Source of the DNA: Acidobacteriota bacterium
GTDB taxonomy: Bacteria; Acidobacteriota; UBA890; WLXD01
Length of the DNA stretch: 64,000 bases
Direction of reading: 5' to 3'
Assembly: GCA_965197275.1 (NCBI GenBank)
Contig: CBDAMQ010000024.1
Coordinates: forward strand, 46,393-110,392
Made by a program: the position numbers and the translations under genes
Shown here: piece by piece, positions 46,267 to 57,816 of the stretch
Layout of the letters: every line of letters begins with the position of its first letter
Position numbering within the stretch: the stretch's first letter is position 1
The notes under the pieces: model-generated
Told to the model about the DNA's origin: nothing
The model's input: the letters and a program-made list of their open reading frames with translations, nothing else
Database searches by the model: none

Positions 46267-49062
46267 TCAGTCTGCCTCTTCGACCTCGCGCGCCAGACGC
46301 ACGCCGCGCTCGTCGCGGATGAGACGCTCGTCGCCGGCAAGCAGGCTGACCGGCGCTTGTGGGAGATCTATCGCTGCGACGGCCGGCGGCGTCGGTCGAT
46401 CGTCGGCCTCGCCCGACGGCTCGAAGTGCACGATCTGCTTCCAGCAGCGAGAGAGATCGTCAGCGAAGATGAGAAGCAGATCCCCCGGGCAAGCGCTGCG
46501 CAACGCCGTGTCGACAGCCTCGTCCTCAGCGGGAATCACACGCACCGCGTCGTCCGCTACTCCTGCCGACCGCAACTCGGCGGCCAGCATCTGCGGGATC
46601 TCGTCGGTGCCGCGACCGCGCAGCTGATCGTCGCGCTTGCAGATGAACTCGTCGAAGTGGGGAGCGGCGATCCGCGCAATGCTGCGGACGTCTTCGTCGC
46701 GGCGGTCTCCGGGGGCTGCCAGCACGCAGATCGCCTTGCCGTCTCGATCCAGGCGGCTGATCAAATCGCACATGGCGCCCACCGCGGCCGCATTGTGACC
46801 GTAGTCGAGGATCACCTTGAAGGGGTGCTCATCGAAGATGTTCATGCGCCCCGGTGCCTGGAAGAACGTCGTATCGAACGTACGCAGCCCCTGTTTGATG
46901 TTATCCAGGCTGACGTCGAGGCAGTGTGCCAACGCGGCGGCGAACATGGCGTTCTGGACGTTGTGCATCGCACGCCCCTCGAGGGTCGCCGGAATCAGAT
47001 ACGTCCACAGCAACGGAACGTGCGATCCGCCGTCGTAGAGGGCGATCATGTGACCGTTCATGCCCTCCTCCAGCACTACGGCGCGGCCGCCAGCCCGGAT
47101 GTGCTCTTTCACCAAGGTGTGCTCACGACTCATCGTCACGTAGCAGATCTGTTCGGCCTCGGTGTAGTCCGCCATCCGTAGACAATGGGGGTCGTCGGCG
47201 TTCAGCACGGCGGCATCCGATGCTACCTCGATCGGGATTCTCTTGACCTCCGCGAGCTGCTCGAGCGTGTCGATGCCACGCAGGCCCAGATGGTCCTCCT
47301 GCACGTTCAGGCAGCAGGCCACGTTGCAGCGGCGATACCCCATGCCAGCGCGCAGTAGCCCACCACGCGCGGTCTCCAACACCGCAACGTCGACGGCGGG
47401 GTCACGCAACACCATGCGCGCAGCGACGGGTCCGGTCATGTCGCCCTGCACGGTCAGCTGGCCGTCGATATAGACGCCATCGGTCGACGTCAGGCCAACG
47501 TGGTTGCCGGATAGCTTGAGGATATGGGCCAGCATGCGGGCCGTGGTCGTTTTTCCGTTGGTTCCGGTGATTGCGGCAATCGGGACACGGCTCGAGCTGC
47601 CTGGAGGAAAGAGCATGTCGATCACCGCACCGGCGACGTCGCGTGGCTCACCCTCACTAGGGGACACGTGCATACGGAATCCGGGCGCGGCGTTGATCTC
47701 GCAGATCGCGCCGCCCGACTCCTTGTACGACTCGGAAATGTCGTCGGTCAGAAAGTCGACGCCGGCGACGTCCAGGCCGATAGCGCCCGCAGCGCGGACA
47801 GCCATTTCGCGGTTGTCCGGATGAACGATGTCGGTGACGTCGATCGCGGTACCGCCGGTCGAAAGGTTCGCGGTAGCGCACAGGAAGACGGTCTCGTTCT
47901 CGGGCGGCACACTCGTCCGGCGGTATTCGCTCTGCCGCAGCAACCTGTCTGATTGGTGATTGAACTCGATCCGGGTCAGCACCTTCTCGTGCCCGATTCC
48001 GCGTCGCGGATCCTGGTTCACTGCCTCGACCAGCTCCTCGATCGTGCTTGTGCCGTCGCCAACGACGTGCGCCGGCATGCGCTTGGCGGCCGCAACAAGC
48101 TCGCCGTTGACCACCGCCATACGGTGATCGAGGCCGGTGATGAAGCTCTCCACCAGCACGCTACGGCTATGTTGTTGAGCCTGTTCAACCGCTGCGGCCA
48201 CCTGCTCCGCATCGCCTAGATCGATGGAAACGCCGCGCCCGTGATTGGCGTTGTACGGCTTCACGACCACCGGGTAGCCGATGCGCTCTGCAGCTCGCGT
48301 CGCGGCCTCCACCGAGCGAACGAGTCGCTGCTTGGGGACCGGTAGCCCGAGAGCGGCGAGGATCTTGTTGGTCTCTTCCTTGTCCGACGAGATCTCGACC
48401 GCAATGTGACGAGTCTCGCCGGTGATCGTCGCCTGGATGCGCCGTTGATGGCGGCCGAATCCGAACTGCACCAAGCTCTGAGGGTTCAACCGGATCCAGG
48501 GGATATCGCGGTCCTCGGCCGCCCGCACGAGGGACGCCGTGCTGGGTCCGAGGGCGCGCCGCTGTGCCCAGCGGATCAGATCGTCGCGTTCGTCGGCGAA
48601 GTCGAAGTCGGCCTTGACGGCGCCGGCGATACGCAAGTCCTCCGGCAGGAGGCTCTGTAGCAGCGTCAACGCGAGGTCGCCGGCGGCGCGGCCGACGTCT
48701 TCCTGCTCGTACTGATACACGATGATGTAGAGGCCGGGCTCCTCGCCGAGCGACCGCGTGCGTCCGAAGCTCACTTGGCTACCGGCGACGTTCTGTATCT
48801 CGAGGGCGCAGTGCTCGAGGACGTGGCCCATCCACGTGCCTTCATCCTCACGCAACCGGCGCACGAAGCCGCCGGGCTGACGATAGGAACAGCCGTGGTC
48901 GGCCAGGCCGGGTAGGGCGGCCAGGAGTGCATCAATGAACCCGTCGCCGAGTCGAGCGCTGGGCCATTCTTCGAGAGTGCCCAGGTCGACCGTCATTTGG
49001 ATTACCGGGAAGTGGGCGTAAAGGCTAGGTCCCAGATAGACGCGCGAGTCGAGGATCTTCAT
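46267..49062 (-). CDS. cphA: Cyanophycin synthetase
   Basis: 931 aa. N-domain, ATP-grasp (YPVVVKPYNANHGRGVSI ... AICEINAAPGFRMH), and Mur-ligase domain (ITGTNGKTTTARM, LETARGGLLR). Confidence 0.9.
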   Translation of the reverse strand: MKILDSRVYLGPSLYAHFPVIQMTVDLGTLEEWPSARLGDGFIDALLAALPGLADHGCSYRQPGGFVRRLREDEGTWMGHVLEHCALEIQNVAGSQVSFGRTRSLGEEPGLYIIVYQYEQEDVGRAAGDLALTLLQSLLPEDLRIAGAVKADFDFADERDDLIRWAQRRALGPSTASLVRAAEDRDIPWIRLNPQSLVQFGFGRHQRRIQATITGETRHIAVEISSDKEETNKILAALGLPVPKQRLVRSVEAATRAAERIGYPVVVKPYNANHGRGVSIDLGDAEQVAAAVEQAQQHSRSVLVESFITGLDHRMAVVNGELVAAAKRMPAHVVGDGTSTIEELVEAVNQDPRRGIGHEKVLTRIEFNHQSDRLLRQSEYRRTSVPPENETVFLCATANLSTGGTAIDVTDIVHPDNREMAVRAAGAIGLDVAGVDFLTDDISESYKESGGAICEINAAPGFRMHVSPSEGEPRDVAGAVIDMLFPPGSSSRVPIAAITGTNGKTTTARMLAHILKLSGNHVGLTSTDGVYIDGQLTVQGDMTGPVAARMVLRDPAVDVAVLETARGGLLRAGMGYRRCNVACCLNVQEDHLGLRGIDTLEQLAEVKRIPIEVASDAAVLNADDPHCLRMADYTEAEQICYVTMSREHTLVKEHIRAGGRAVVLEEGMNGHMIALYDGGSHVPLLWTYLIPATLEGRAMHNVQNAMFAAALAHCLDVSLDNIKQGLRTFDTTFFQAPGRMNIFDEHPFKVILDYGHNAAAVGAMCDLISRLDRDGKAICVLAAPGDRRDEDVRSIARIAAPHFDEFICKRDDQLRGRGTDEIPQMLAAELRSAGVADDAVRVIPAEDEAVDTALRSACPGDLLLIFADDLSRCWKQIVHFEPSGEADDRPTPPAVAAIDLPQAPVSLLAGDERLIRDERGVRLAREVEEAD

Positions 49063-49910
49063 CAGTCTGTTGCCTCCCGTGGTCGATGCGCTTGCCGCGA
49101 CTCGATGTCATACCTGCCGCCTTGTAGCAGGATGTGCAGCCGCACGCCGAGAAGACAGACCGGGTCGCCGGCCCGTTCCCCGACGGACGAGAACTCGAGG
49201 TCGGATCCGTCAACCAGCGTGCAGGATCCGCTGCCTACGATCTCCACCGTGCGATCCGGGGCGATGAACGCCGCGGTGTTCTCATCCAGGCCCATGCCGA
49301 CGATGAAGGGGTTGTAGGCTAGCGCGGTCAGCAAGCGGCCGAGTCGATCGCGCTCACGGAAATGCTGGTCGATCGTAAAATCGCGAGTGAGCCCGATGCC
49401 GGGGGCCAGGGCCACCATGTGGGTCCGGGGCGAGGCTCCCGCCTCACCGAAGGCAATCATGTGCTCCGACAGATAGCTGGCGCCGGCAGACGTCCCGGCG
49501 ACATGAGCGCCGCGACGGGAGGCTCGGCGCAACGCCCGAGCTGCCGATGTGCCACCGAGCGTCCTGCTCAACCGCAGCTGTGAGCCGCCGGTCAGGAAGA
49601 TGCCGGTGGCTTCATCGATCGCTCGCAGCCAGTCTTCGCGACCACAATCGGCGCGATCCCGGAACGGCAGCGAGGTAGCGCTTCCGGCGCCGAGTTCGGT
49701 GAAAACGCGCTCGTAGCGCGGTCCCGTGGTGCGTAGCTTGGACGCCGTCGGGACGACGACGATACGGGCGTCACGGCCTCCGCTGAGCTCCACGAACCGA
49801 CGGAGGATGGACGGGTCGCGGGACTTCTTTTCGGCCCCGCCGATCGGGATCAGGTACCCGGAGGGCGGCCCATCGGACGATGTAGTCGGCATGGCGGGCG
49901 ATTCTGCCAT
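49062..49910 (-). CDS. cphB: Cyanophycinase (peptidase S51), no signal peptide
   Basis: IPIGGAEKK, IVVVPTAS, GGSQLRL and GTSAGASYLSEHM (Ser nucleophile context). Its stop overlaps the cphA start by 1 nt. Confidence 0.85.
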   Translation of the reverse strand: MAESPAMPTTSSDGPPSGYLIPIGGAEKKSRDPSILRRFVELSGGRDARIVVVPTASKLRTTGPRYERVFTELGAGSATSLPFRDRADCGREDWLRAIDEATGIFLTGGSQLRLSRTLGGTSAARALRRASRRGAHVAGTSAGASYLSEHMIAFGEAGASPRTHMVALAPGIGLTRDFTIDQHFRERDRLGRLLTALAYNPFIVGMGLDENTAAFIAPDRTVEIVGSGSCTLVDGSDLEFSSVGERAGDPVCLLGVRLHILLQGGRYDIESRQAHRPREATD

Positions 49911-49952
49911 GCCATCTCGAACCTGTAGAGTCGCAGCCCCGCTGCATCGTGC

Positions 49953-50648
49953 TCAGACGACGGCGACCTGCTCGTCAACGACCATGCCGTCGAACAGATG
50001 GATGGTGCGTTGTGCGTGCTCGGCCCAGCGCGGGTCGTGGGTGACCATACAGATGGTGGCACCACCCTGATGCAGCTCCGACATCAGGTCCATGACGGCG
50101 GAAGCGTTGCCGGAGTCGAGGTTTCCGGTGGGCTCATCGGCCAGCAGGATGGAGGGGTCCCCGACGACAGCTCGAGCCACTGCGACACGCTGCTGCTGAC
50201 CACCGGAAAGCTGGCTCGGCATGTGCTTGGCACGATGGGTCATGCCGACACGGTCCAGGGAGGCGTTGACGCGCTCGCGACGATCCGACGAGGACATGCC
50301 GCGATACGTCAGCGGCAGCTCGACGTTTTCGTACACGTTGAGGTCGCCGATAAGGTTGAAGCTCTGGAAGATGAAGCCGATCTCACGGTTGCGCACCCGG
50401 GCGCGCTCGGAGGCCGTGAGGTTGGATACATCGTTGGCGTTGAGCAGGTAGTTGCCGCCGCTGGGAGTGTCCAGCAGTCCCAGAATCGACAGCAGCGTCG
50501 TCTTGCCCGAGCCCGACGGTCCCGAGATCGACACGAACTCCCCGGGATTGATACCGAGGTGAACGTCGGACAGCGCATGGGTCTCGACTTCCTCGGTGAC
50601 GAAGACCTTCTTGATCGCCTCCATACTGATCAGCGGCTCACCAGACAT
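49953..50648 (-). CDS. ABC transporter ATP-binding protein (MacB/LolD-like ATPase), no adjacent permease gene
   Basis: Walker A (GPSGSGKTTLL), signature (LSGGQQQRVAVARA), and Walker B (ILLADEPTGNLD). Confidence 0.85.
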   Translation of the reverse strand: MSGEPLISMEAIKKVFVTEEVETHALSDVHLGINPGEFVSISGPSGSGKTTLLSILGLLDTPSGGNYLLNANDVSNLTASERARVRNREIGFIFQSFNLIGDLNVYENVELPLTYRGMSSSDRRERVNASLDRVGMTHRAKHMPSQLSGGQQQRVAVARAVVGDPSILLADEPTGNLDSGNASAVMDLMSELHQGGATICMVTHDPRWAEHAQRTIHLFDGMVVDEQVAVV

Positions 50649-50766
50649 CAGACGCTCCTTCGCGCGGGGTGGCGGTGTCCGTCCGGCGACTCGACGCAGG
50701 ACACCCGAAAGCCTCGTGAGATTAGACGCACGCCGGCCGCAGAAGGTTCCGTAGATTCGGTGACAA

Positions 50767-51264
50767 TCAGTCCTCGACGACCCTCGTGCCGGCCATCTTG
50801 TCGCCCAGGCGACGTCCCTCGGCGTCGGTGAGCACGAGAACCAGCTCGACGATCATCAAGGCCAGCGCGCCGAACAGAACGAACGGCACCAACACCCAGC
50901 CGACAATCGTGATGATCAGCAGCGGTACGAGGGGTGCGAGGGCGAACATCCAGTTACGTTTGAGCGACGTCGTGATGTCGAGCGATGCGCCGTCGACTGA
51001 CTCCAAATGCAACTTCATCACGTGCTTGCCGATCGAGCGGTGGTTCATGAAATCGAATTCCATGCCGTCGCGAAGCACCATGTACGCGGCACCGATCAGC
51101 GATCCGATCCCCGGTATGAACCCGATCACGAACGCGATGGCGCTATCGATCAAGACGGCGACAATGCGCTTGCCGAGGTCCGCTTTGCCGCTCGCAGTCG
51201 GTGCGGCCGGCGCGCCCGCAGGGTCGGGTTGTGCTGCGGGCTCCTGAACGTCGGACTCGGTCAT
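50767..51264 (-). CDS. RDD family membrane protein
   Basis: 165 aa. GKRIVAVLIDSAIAFVIGFIPGIG...VLRDG, with three hydrophobic segments. Confidence 0.65.
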   Translation of the reverse strand: MTESDVQEPAAQPDPAGAPAAPTASGKADLGKRIVAVLIDSAIAFVIGFIPGIGSLIGAAYMVLRDGMEFDFMNHRSIGKHVMKLHLESVDGASLDITTSLKRNWMFALAPLVPLLIITIVGWVLVPFVLFGALALMIVELVLVLTDAEGRRLGDKMAGTRVVED

Positions 51265-51602
51265 CGATTACCTCCGGCGGGGGTTGTCGGAAACGGCCTG
51301 TGCACCCTCTACGTACGCCATCTCCGGATGTATAGCAACCGGGACGCGCCGGCGCGTCGGATAGCAACGCGGAATCGAGTCTCCGGCGCCGGGGCCGACG
51401 GCGGTAGCAGTCGACGCGGGTCCTCGTCAGTCCAGCCCGCTATTTGCCGCTCCTGTCCATGTGCTTCATCCCGGCCAGGCTGTTGGTCTGGCCGCTTGCC
51501 GGCGTCGCGGCCGAACATGGGACCAACGAGAATCACTCTGAACGCCAACGGTGCCCTGTCTGACGACCGCTGGTCGTCGCGATGCCGTCCAGGAGGGCGA
51601 GA

Positions 51603-52195
51603 ATGAAGGATCACGCCAGACACATGGTTTCGGCGGCCGCGCTCGTTGCCCTTACCGCAGCGGCAGGTTGCGCGCCGGGGCGCAGCGTCATGCGCGGCAA
51701 CTGGCCCGACGGTCGTATCGAAGGCCCCGCGATGACGCGACCGGTACCCGTGGCGATAGCGTATCGGGCCCCGGAGATGGCAGTCGAAACTGACGATTGG
51801 CTTCCCACCGAAACGGGCTATGAGGGGATGACTGCTGCGGAGCTCAATCGTATGGGCGTCCTGCAGCCGATCTACTTCGCGCTCGACGAGGCCAGCATCG
51901 ATGCCAGTCAGATCGCGGTGCTCGACGCAAATATCGACTGGCTGAACCAGGTGCCCGACGCAGCGATCCTGATCGAAGGGCACGCCGACTCGCGTGGCTC
52001 GCGACAGTACAACCTTGCCTCGGCCAACGCCGCGCCGAGGCGGCGCGGGACTACCTGGTCTCGCGCGGCATCGACGCTTTGCGGATCGAGGTGGTGTCGT
52101 ACGGCGAGGAGCTGCCGGCGAATCCCGGGAATAGCGAAGCTGCGCGGGAGGCCAATCGCCGCGATGAGTTCGTGATCACCGCCAGAGGTCGCTAG
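51603..52195 (+). pseudogene. pal: Peptidoglycan-associated lipoprotein (Pal/OmpA_C family) with a 1-nt frameshift near 52019
   Basis: AGGAGG precedes the ATG at 51603. Lipobox LTAAAGC. The OmpA_C core (ILIEGHADSRGSRQYNLA) then goes out of frame. The +1 frame continues (L)GQRRAEAARDYLVSRGIDALRIEVVSYGEELPANPGNSEAAREANRRDEFVITARGR and stops at 52193..52195. One C appears to be missing at GCC/TCGG. Confidence 0.75.
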
Positions 52196-52289
52196 CCGGC
52201 GGTACTTCAAGGGAACGCATGGCCACCAATTAGCGGCTGCACTACCATGGCGCCCAGCCGGGTAGGGAGAGCACGCGCGCGGGGTCGCC

Positions 52290-53693
52290 ATGTTGGAGAG
52301 GTTCTTCGAGCTCGAGGCCGCGGGCACGAGCGTACGCACTGAGCTCGTCGCCGGGGCGACGACGTTCCTCACGATGGCGTACATCATCTTCGTCCAGCCT
52401 GCAGTTCTGAGCGGGGCCCTTACCGGCACGCCCACTGGGATGGATTTCGGCGCCGTCACCGTCGCCACTTGCCTTGCGGCGGCGTTGGCAACCGGGGTGA
52501 TGGGCCTGTACGCCCGGTTCCCGGTCGCTCAGGCACCCGGCATGGGGCAGAACTTCTTCTTCGTGCTGTCGATCATTCCCGCCGCTGCTGCCACCGGGCA
52601 TCCGGAGCCATGGCGTGCCGCATTGGGGGTGATATTCGTCGCCGGCGTGCTGTTCCTGCTGCTGTCGCTCCTCGGCGTGCGGCAGCTGATGATCGACGCC
52701 CTGAGCCCCTCCATGAAGAGTGCGATCGGCGCCGGGATAGGTATCTTCATCGCCTTTATCGGTCTGCAGAACGCGGCGGTGGTGGTACGCGATCCGGGAA
52801 CGGCAGTCTCGTTGACGTCAGCGCTGGATTCGCCAGACAGCCTGCTGTTCTTCTTCGGTCTGGCGGTAACCGCGATCCTCTATGCCCGGCGGGTTCCGGC
52901 GGCGCTGTTGCTGGGGATGTTCTCGACCCTCGCGGCGGCGCTGGTCACGCGCGCATTGCTCGCCGCCTCGCCTGTAGCCGGTCCGCCCGCCACATCCATG
53001 TTGATGACGCGCTTCGAGGTCGCCGATCGGCTGACGGCGGTGCCGCCATCGATCGTGCCGACGCTGCTGCAGCTGGACGTGGCCGCTGCGCTGTCATGGG
53101 ATCTGCTTCCGCTCGTGGTGTTGGTGTTGTTCATGGACATGTTCGACACCATCGGAACGCTCGTGGCGGTGGCTCAGCGTGCCCGGCTGATGCGCGGTGA
53201 TCGGCTGTTGCGGTCCGGCAGGGCGTTCCTCTCCGACGCAATCGGCACAGTCGCGGGAGCCGCCCTCGGCACCAGCACGGTGACGAGCTACGTGGAGAGC
53301 GCCGCCGGCGTAGAGCAGGGAGGTCGCACGGGCCTCACCGCAGTCGTTGCCGCCGGCCTGTTTCTGCTGGCGCTGCCGCTGACGCCGCTCATCGCGATGA
53401 TCGGCAGCTACCCGCCGATCACGGCACCGGTGCTTCTGATCGTCGGGGCGTTGATGATGCGTTGCGTGACGTCGATCGAATGGGACGACGCCACCGAGGC
53501 GTTGCCGGCGTTCCTGACGGTGATCGGCATCCCGCTCACGTACTCCATCGCCGACGGCATTGCGATGGGCCTGATTGCCTACCCGATCATCAAGCTGTCG
53601 AGCGGTCGCGCGCGCGAGGCGAACTGGATGTCGCGGCTGCTGGCATTGATCCTCGTTGCTTACTTCGTGCTGCTGCGACCGCAGATCGGTTGA
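52290..53693 (+). CDS. NCS2 family nucleobase permease (AzgA/PbuG-like)
   Basis: MLERFFELEAAGTSVRTELVAGATTFLTMAYIIFVQPAVL is the characteristic N-terminus. 467 aa, polytopic. Confidence 0.85.
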   Translation: MLERFFELEAAGTSVRTELVAGATTFLTMAYIIFVQPAVLSGALTGTPTGMDFGAVTVATCLAAALATGVMGLYARFPVAQAPGMGQNFFFVLSIIPAAAATGHPEPWRAALGVIFVAGVLFLLLSLLGVRQLMIDALSPSMKSAIGAGIGIFIAFIGLQNAAVVVRDPGTAVSLTSALDSPDSLLFFFGLAVTAILYARRVPAALLLGMFSTLAAALVTRALLAASPVAGPPATSMLMTRFEVADRLTAVPPSIVPTLLQLDVAAALSWDLLPLVVLVLFMDMFDTIGTLVAVAQRARLMRGDRLLRSGRAFLSDAIGTVAGAALGTSTVTSYVESAAGVEQGGRTGLTAVVAAGLFLLALPLTPLIAMIGSYPPITAPVLLIVGALMMRCVTSIEWDDATEALPAFLTVIGIPLTYSIADGIAMGLIAYPIIKLSSGRAREANWMSRLLALILVAYFVLLRPQIG

Positions 53694-55010
53694 TCAGCGC
53701 AGCTTGCGCGCCGACTCTACCCAGCTTCCGCTGACGATACGCTTGACATTTGTATCGAGTGCCGTGGCGGCCTCTTCGATGTCATCAGCGTTCCAACGAG
53801 CGATTTGCTCGAACCGAGTGACGCCGATCTGGTGCAGGAGCCGCTCGAAGACCGGGCCGATCCCTCGGATGAGCTTGAGGTCATCGCGGTCGGCTTGACG
53901 AAGCTCCGGATGGCGCTGCTCCTCGAGATCGGCTAGCCGGCGACGATAAGCAATGATCTGCGAGTCGCGCCTCGCCAACGCTTCGCGCCAGCGCACGTCG
54001 TCGGTGGCGCCGGCGGTGCGATGCGATTCGAGCTCCGTACGGACCGACTGTGCGTCGCGCCGCAGCGGCTCGAGTTCCTTTTGGAGGTTCTCGACCACGG
54101 ATCGGTGCACCGTCTCCTGCTTGCGATTGCGTTCGATCTGGCGGCTGAGCTTACGGCCGGCCTCCTCCAGATCGCGCTGCAGGCGCGCTGTTGCAACGCC
54201 GCTCTCGGCCAGCTTGCTGCCAGCGCGACGGTGCTCACGGCGGACTCCGTCGAGCTCGGCGCGCAGGTCGTTGACGCGGACGCGGAGCTCGTTGACGCGC
54301 ACGTCGCGGGCGTTCAATTGCTCTTCCAGATCGGTTGCCCTCGCTTCCTGGGCCGGGGACATCGATGCCGCCGCCGCCTTCTCGACCTGGGCCTCGAGCT
54401 CCAGCACCCGGGCTTGTCCGGCCCGCACCTGCTCCTCGAGGGGCTCGAGCTCGATCATGCGGCTCTCAAGCGTCGCGATATGGGCGGCGCGCGCATCGAT
54501 GGCGCCCCGGAGACTGTCGACCTCCGATTGCAGGGCGACCAGCGTCGAGGTCTTGTCGTGCAACTCCGCTTCGACCTCGGCACGCAGTCGACGCTCGGTG
54601 GTGAGGTCAGTGCGGGCGTCGCGGCGCTGACGCGCGTCCTCGAGCACCTCCACAGCAGCTCCGCCACGTGAACGCTCCGGCCTCGTCTCGGGCACCGGTT
54701 GGCGCCTCGAAGCGGCCAGCATCGCCCGCGGCGCGGACTGGTTACCGGGAGATTTCTTGGCCTCGCCGATCTTGGCCTCGAGTCCGCGATTGGTGCGCTC
54801 CAACGTGTCGTTGCGTGAGCGCAGGCTCTCCACCTGGCGGTAGGACTCCGACAGCTCGCGGTCCTTCACGTCCGTCGTGGCACTCAGCGTCTGTCTCAGG
54901 TCCTCAACGTGTTCGGTCTCGCGAAACCCACGCATCGACCAGCCGAGAAACCACCCGGCCAGAGCGGCCAGCAGCAGGCACAGACCGATCTGCAGCAGAA
55001 GCCAGGTCAC
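53694..55010 (-). CDS. Membrane-anchored long coiled-coil protein with C-terminal helix-hairpin-helix-like module
   Basis: N-terminal TM segment (WLLLQIGLCLLLAALAGWFLGW), then about 330 aa of heptad-rich E/R/L/A sequence. The C-terminus reads DDLKLIRGIGPVFERLLHQIGVTRFEQIARWNADDI. Confidence 0.65.
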   Translation of the reverse strand: MTWLLLQIGLCLLLAALAGWFLGWSMRGFRETEHVEDLRQTLSATTDVKDRELSESYRQVESLRSRNDTLERTNRGLEAKIGEAKKSPGNQSAPRAMLAASRRQPVPETRPERSRGGAAVEVLEDARQRRDARTDLTTERRLRAEVEAELHDKTSTLVALQSEVDSLRGAIDARAAHIATLESRMIELEPLEEQVRAGQARVLELEAQVEKAAAASMSPAQEARATDLEEQLNARDVRVNELRVRVNDLRAELDGVRREHRRAGSKLAESGVATARLQRDLEEAGRKLSRQIERNRKQETVHRSVVENLQKELEPLRRDAQSVRTELESHRTAGATDDVRWREALARRDSQIIAYRRRLADLEEQRHPELRQADRDDLKLIRGIGPVFERLLHQIGVTRFEQIARWNADDIEEAATALDTNVKRIVSGSWVESARKLR

Positions 55011-55705
55011 GCGTCATCTCCGCCAGCGGCGCTGCCGAGGCCGTTGAACAGGTCGAAGCGCCAGCGCAGCCCTGGAATCTCTGCTGCCAACTCGTCGATA
55101 TGACGTCGGTCAGAGATGCTTCCTACACGGCCTCCGAGGACGGCTTGATCTCCGTGCACGCTCAGCCGACCAGTTTCCGACAGAGCTCCCATGATCCGAA
55201 TCAAAACGCTTGGATCGGTGAGCCAATCGCTAGGCTCGAGCTGGCTTTCAATCCGCAGATCGGATCGGACGCCGCTGCCGCCGAACGTGTCTTCCGCAGC
55301 CCGGATGAGACCCCTTGCTTCGGAGTCGGCAACGCGCCCGGACAGAACCAGCATCGAGCCCAGTCGCAGCAATCGCAGCTCGGCGGGCGCCGTGGCACGC
55401 GGGCCGGGGATTGACTCGACGACGCGCTCCACGATGAGCTCGTTGCGTACGGAACGGACGCCTGGCACGCCGCTTACGATGGCGACGATCCGGTTTGCTT
55501 CATCGGACGACGGCACGAAGCCGCCGAGGACCGCGTCGCGACCGTCGAATACCAGTCCGTAGTAGGCCACGCCGGCGCTGGCCAGCGCGGCCTGTGAGCG
55601 CCTCATGAGATCCGTCTGTATGCCGCCCACGGTTACGACGACGCCCACGATCAGCGCCCCGAGGAGCAGCATTGTGATGACCCGAAAGCGGACGCGCTCG
55701 TTCAC
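55007..55705 (-). CDS. BON-domain membrane-anchored protein (OsmY-like)
   Basis: N-terminal TM segment, then IVAIVSGVPGVRSVRNELIV, typical of BON. Its stop overlaps the downstream start by 4 nt. Confidence 0.65.
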   Translation of the reverse strand: MNERVRFRVITMLLLGALIVGVVVTVGGIQTDLMRRSQAALASAGVAYYGLVFDGRDAVLGGFVPSSDEANRIVAIVSGVPGVRSVRNELIVERVVESIPGPRATAPAELRLLRLGSMLVLSGRVADSEARGLIRAAEDTFGGSGVRSDLRIESQLEPSDWLTDPSVLIRIMGALSETGRLSVHGDQAVLGGRVGSISDRRHIDELAAEIPGLRWRFDLFNGLGSAAGGDDA

Positions 55706-56115
55706 GGTGATGCCTCCGGCTGGGTGAGCCCGAGGGCCGGACGACGTCCGGGGAGCATCATGCCGGCAATCAACAGCGCCACCCCGGCACCCAGTGCGGC
55801 AGCCAGCAGCATCAGCTGGGCGCGAGTTACGCGCTCATAGTCGTTGAAGCGGACGCGGAGCTGGGTCGGATTCACGGGAACGTGTCCGGGACCTTGGCGC
55901 AGCTCGCCAGCGCTAGCGATCTCCAACAATGGCTCGCCCTCGACGTAGACTTCGGCTTGAGAAGCAGCTTCGCGCAGGGTGGGAGCATCCTCCAGCGGTG
56001 GCCAGTAGGCGTCCTCGCGCAACGGACGTGACACCTGCGCAGCCATGGCCACGGCGATCGCCAGACAGACGCCGGCCGGCACCAGCAACGCGACTCTGGA
56101 CGGCGTGCCCCTCAT
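55702..56115 (-). CDS. Small hypothetical membrane protein (about 137 aa)
   Basis: I chose the ATG at 56115 (MRGTPSRVALLVPAGVCLAIAVAMAAQ). There is a second hydrophobic segment near the C-terminus. Its stop overlaps the BON gene start. The longer track ORF to 56454 looks like a spurious extension. Confidence 0.45.
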   Translation of the reverse strand: MRGTPSRVALLVPAGVCLAIAVAMAAQVSRPLREDAYWPPLEDAPTLREAASQAEVYVEGEPLLEIASAGELRQGPGHVPVNPTQLRVRFNDYERVTRAQLMLLAAALGAGVALLIAGMMLPGRRPALGLTQPEASP

Positions 56116-56380
56116 CGGCCCTAGCCCCTTCCATGTCCAGTTCGTGCGGGTCTGATCGTCCTTGTACCTTAACCGAATTGGGGAGGTTTTTCCTGGGAGC
56201 CGGACCTGCAGGTGGTTTACCGGGGCCGGCTGTTGGACGCGTCCGAATGCGGGCGATCGTAGGGGAAAGTCCGTACAATGAGGTTTTCCGACAGCTGGGC
56301 GTGTCTGCGACGTTGACGCGTACCTTCGGTCCCCTCGACGCGAGCCTGAGGGCAACCCAGCCAGGTCGCAGGAGCAGCTG

Positions 56381-57811
<1,431 letters not shown>

Positions 57812-57816
57812 TGGCA

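Noticed and set aside
52194-52289. Purine riboswitch upstream of the NCS2 nucleobase permease, and a Moco riboswitch upstream of moaA
   Set aside because: The leaders are short (about 95 nt and essentially 0 nt), and I could not see the conserved purine-riboswitch loops or the Moco motif. An Infernal scan would settle this.
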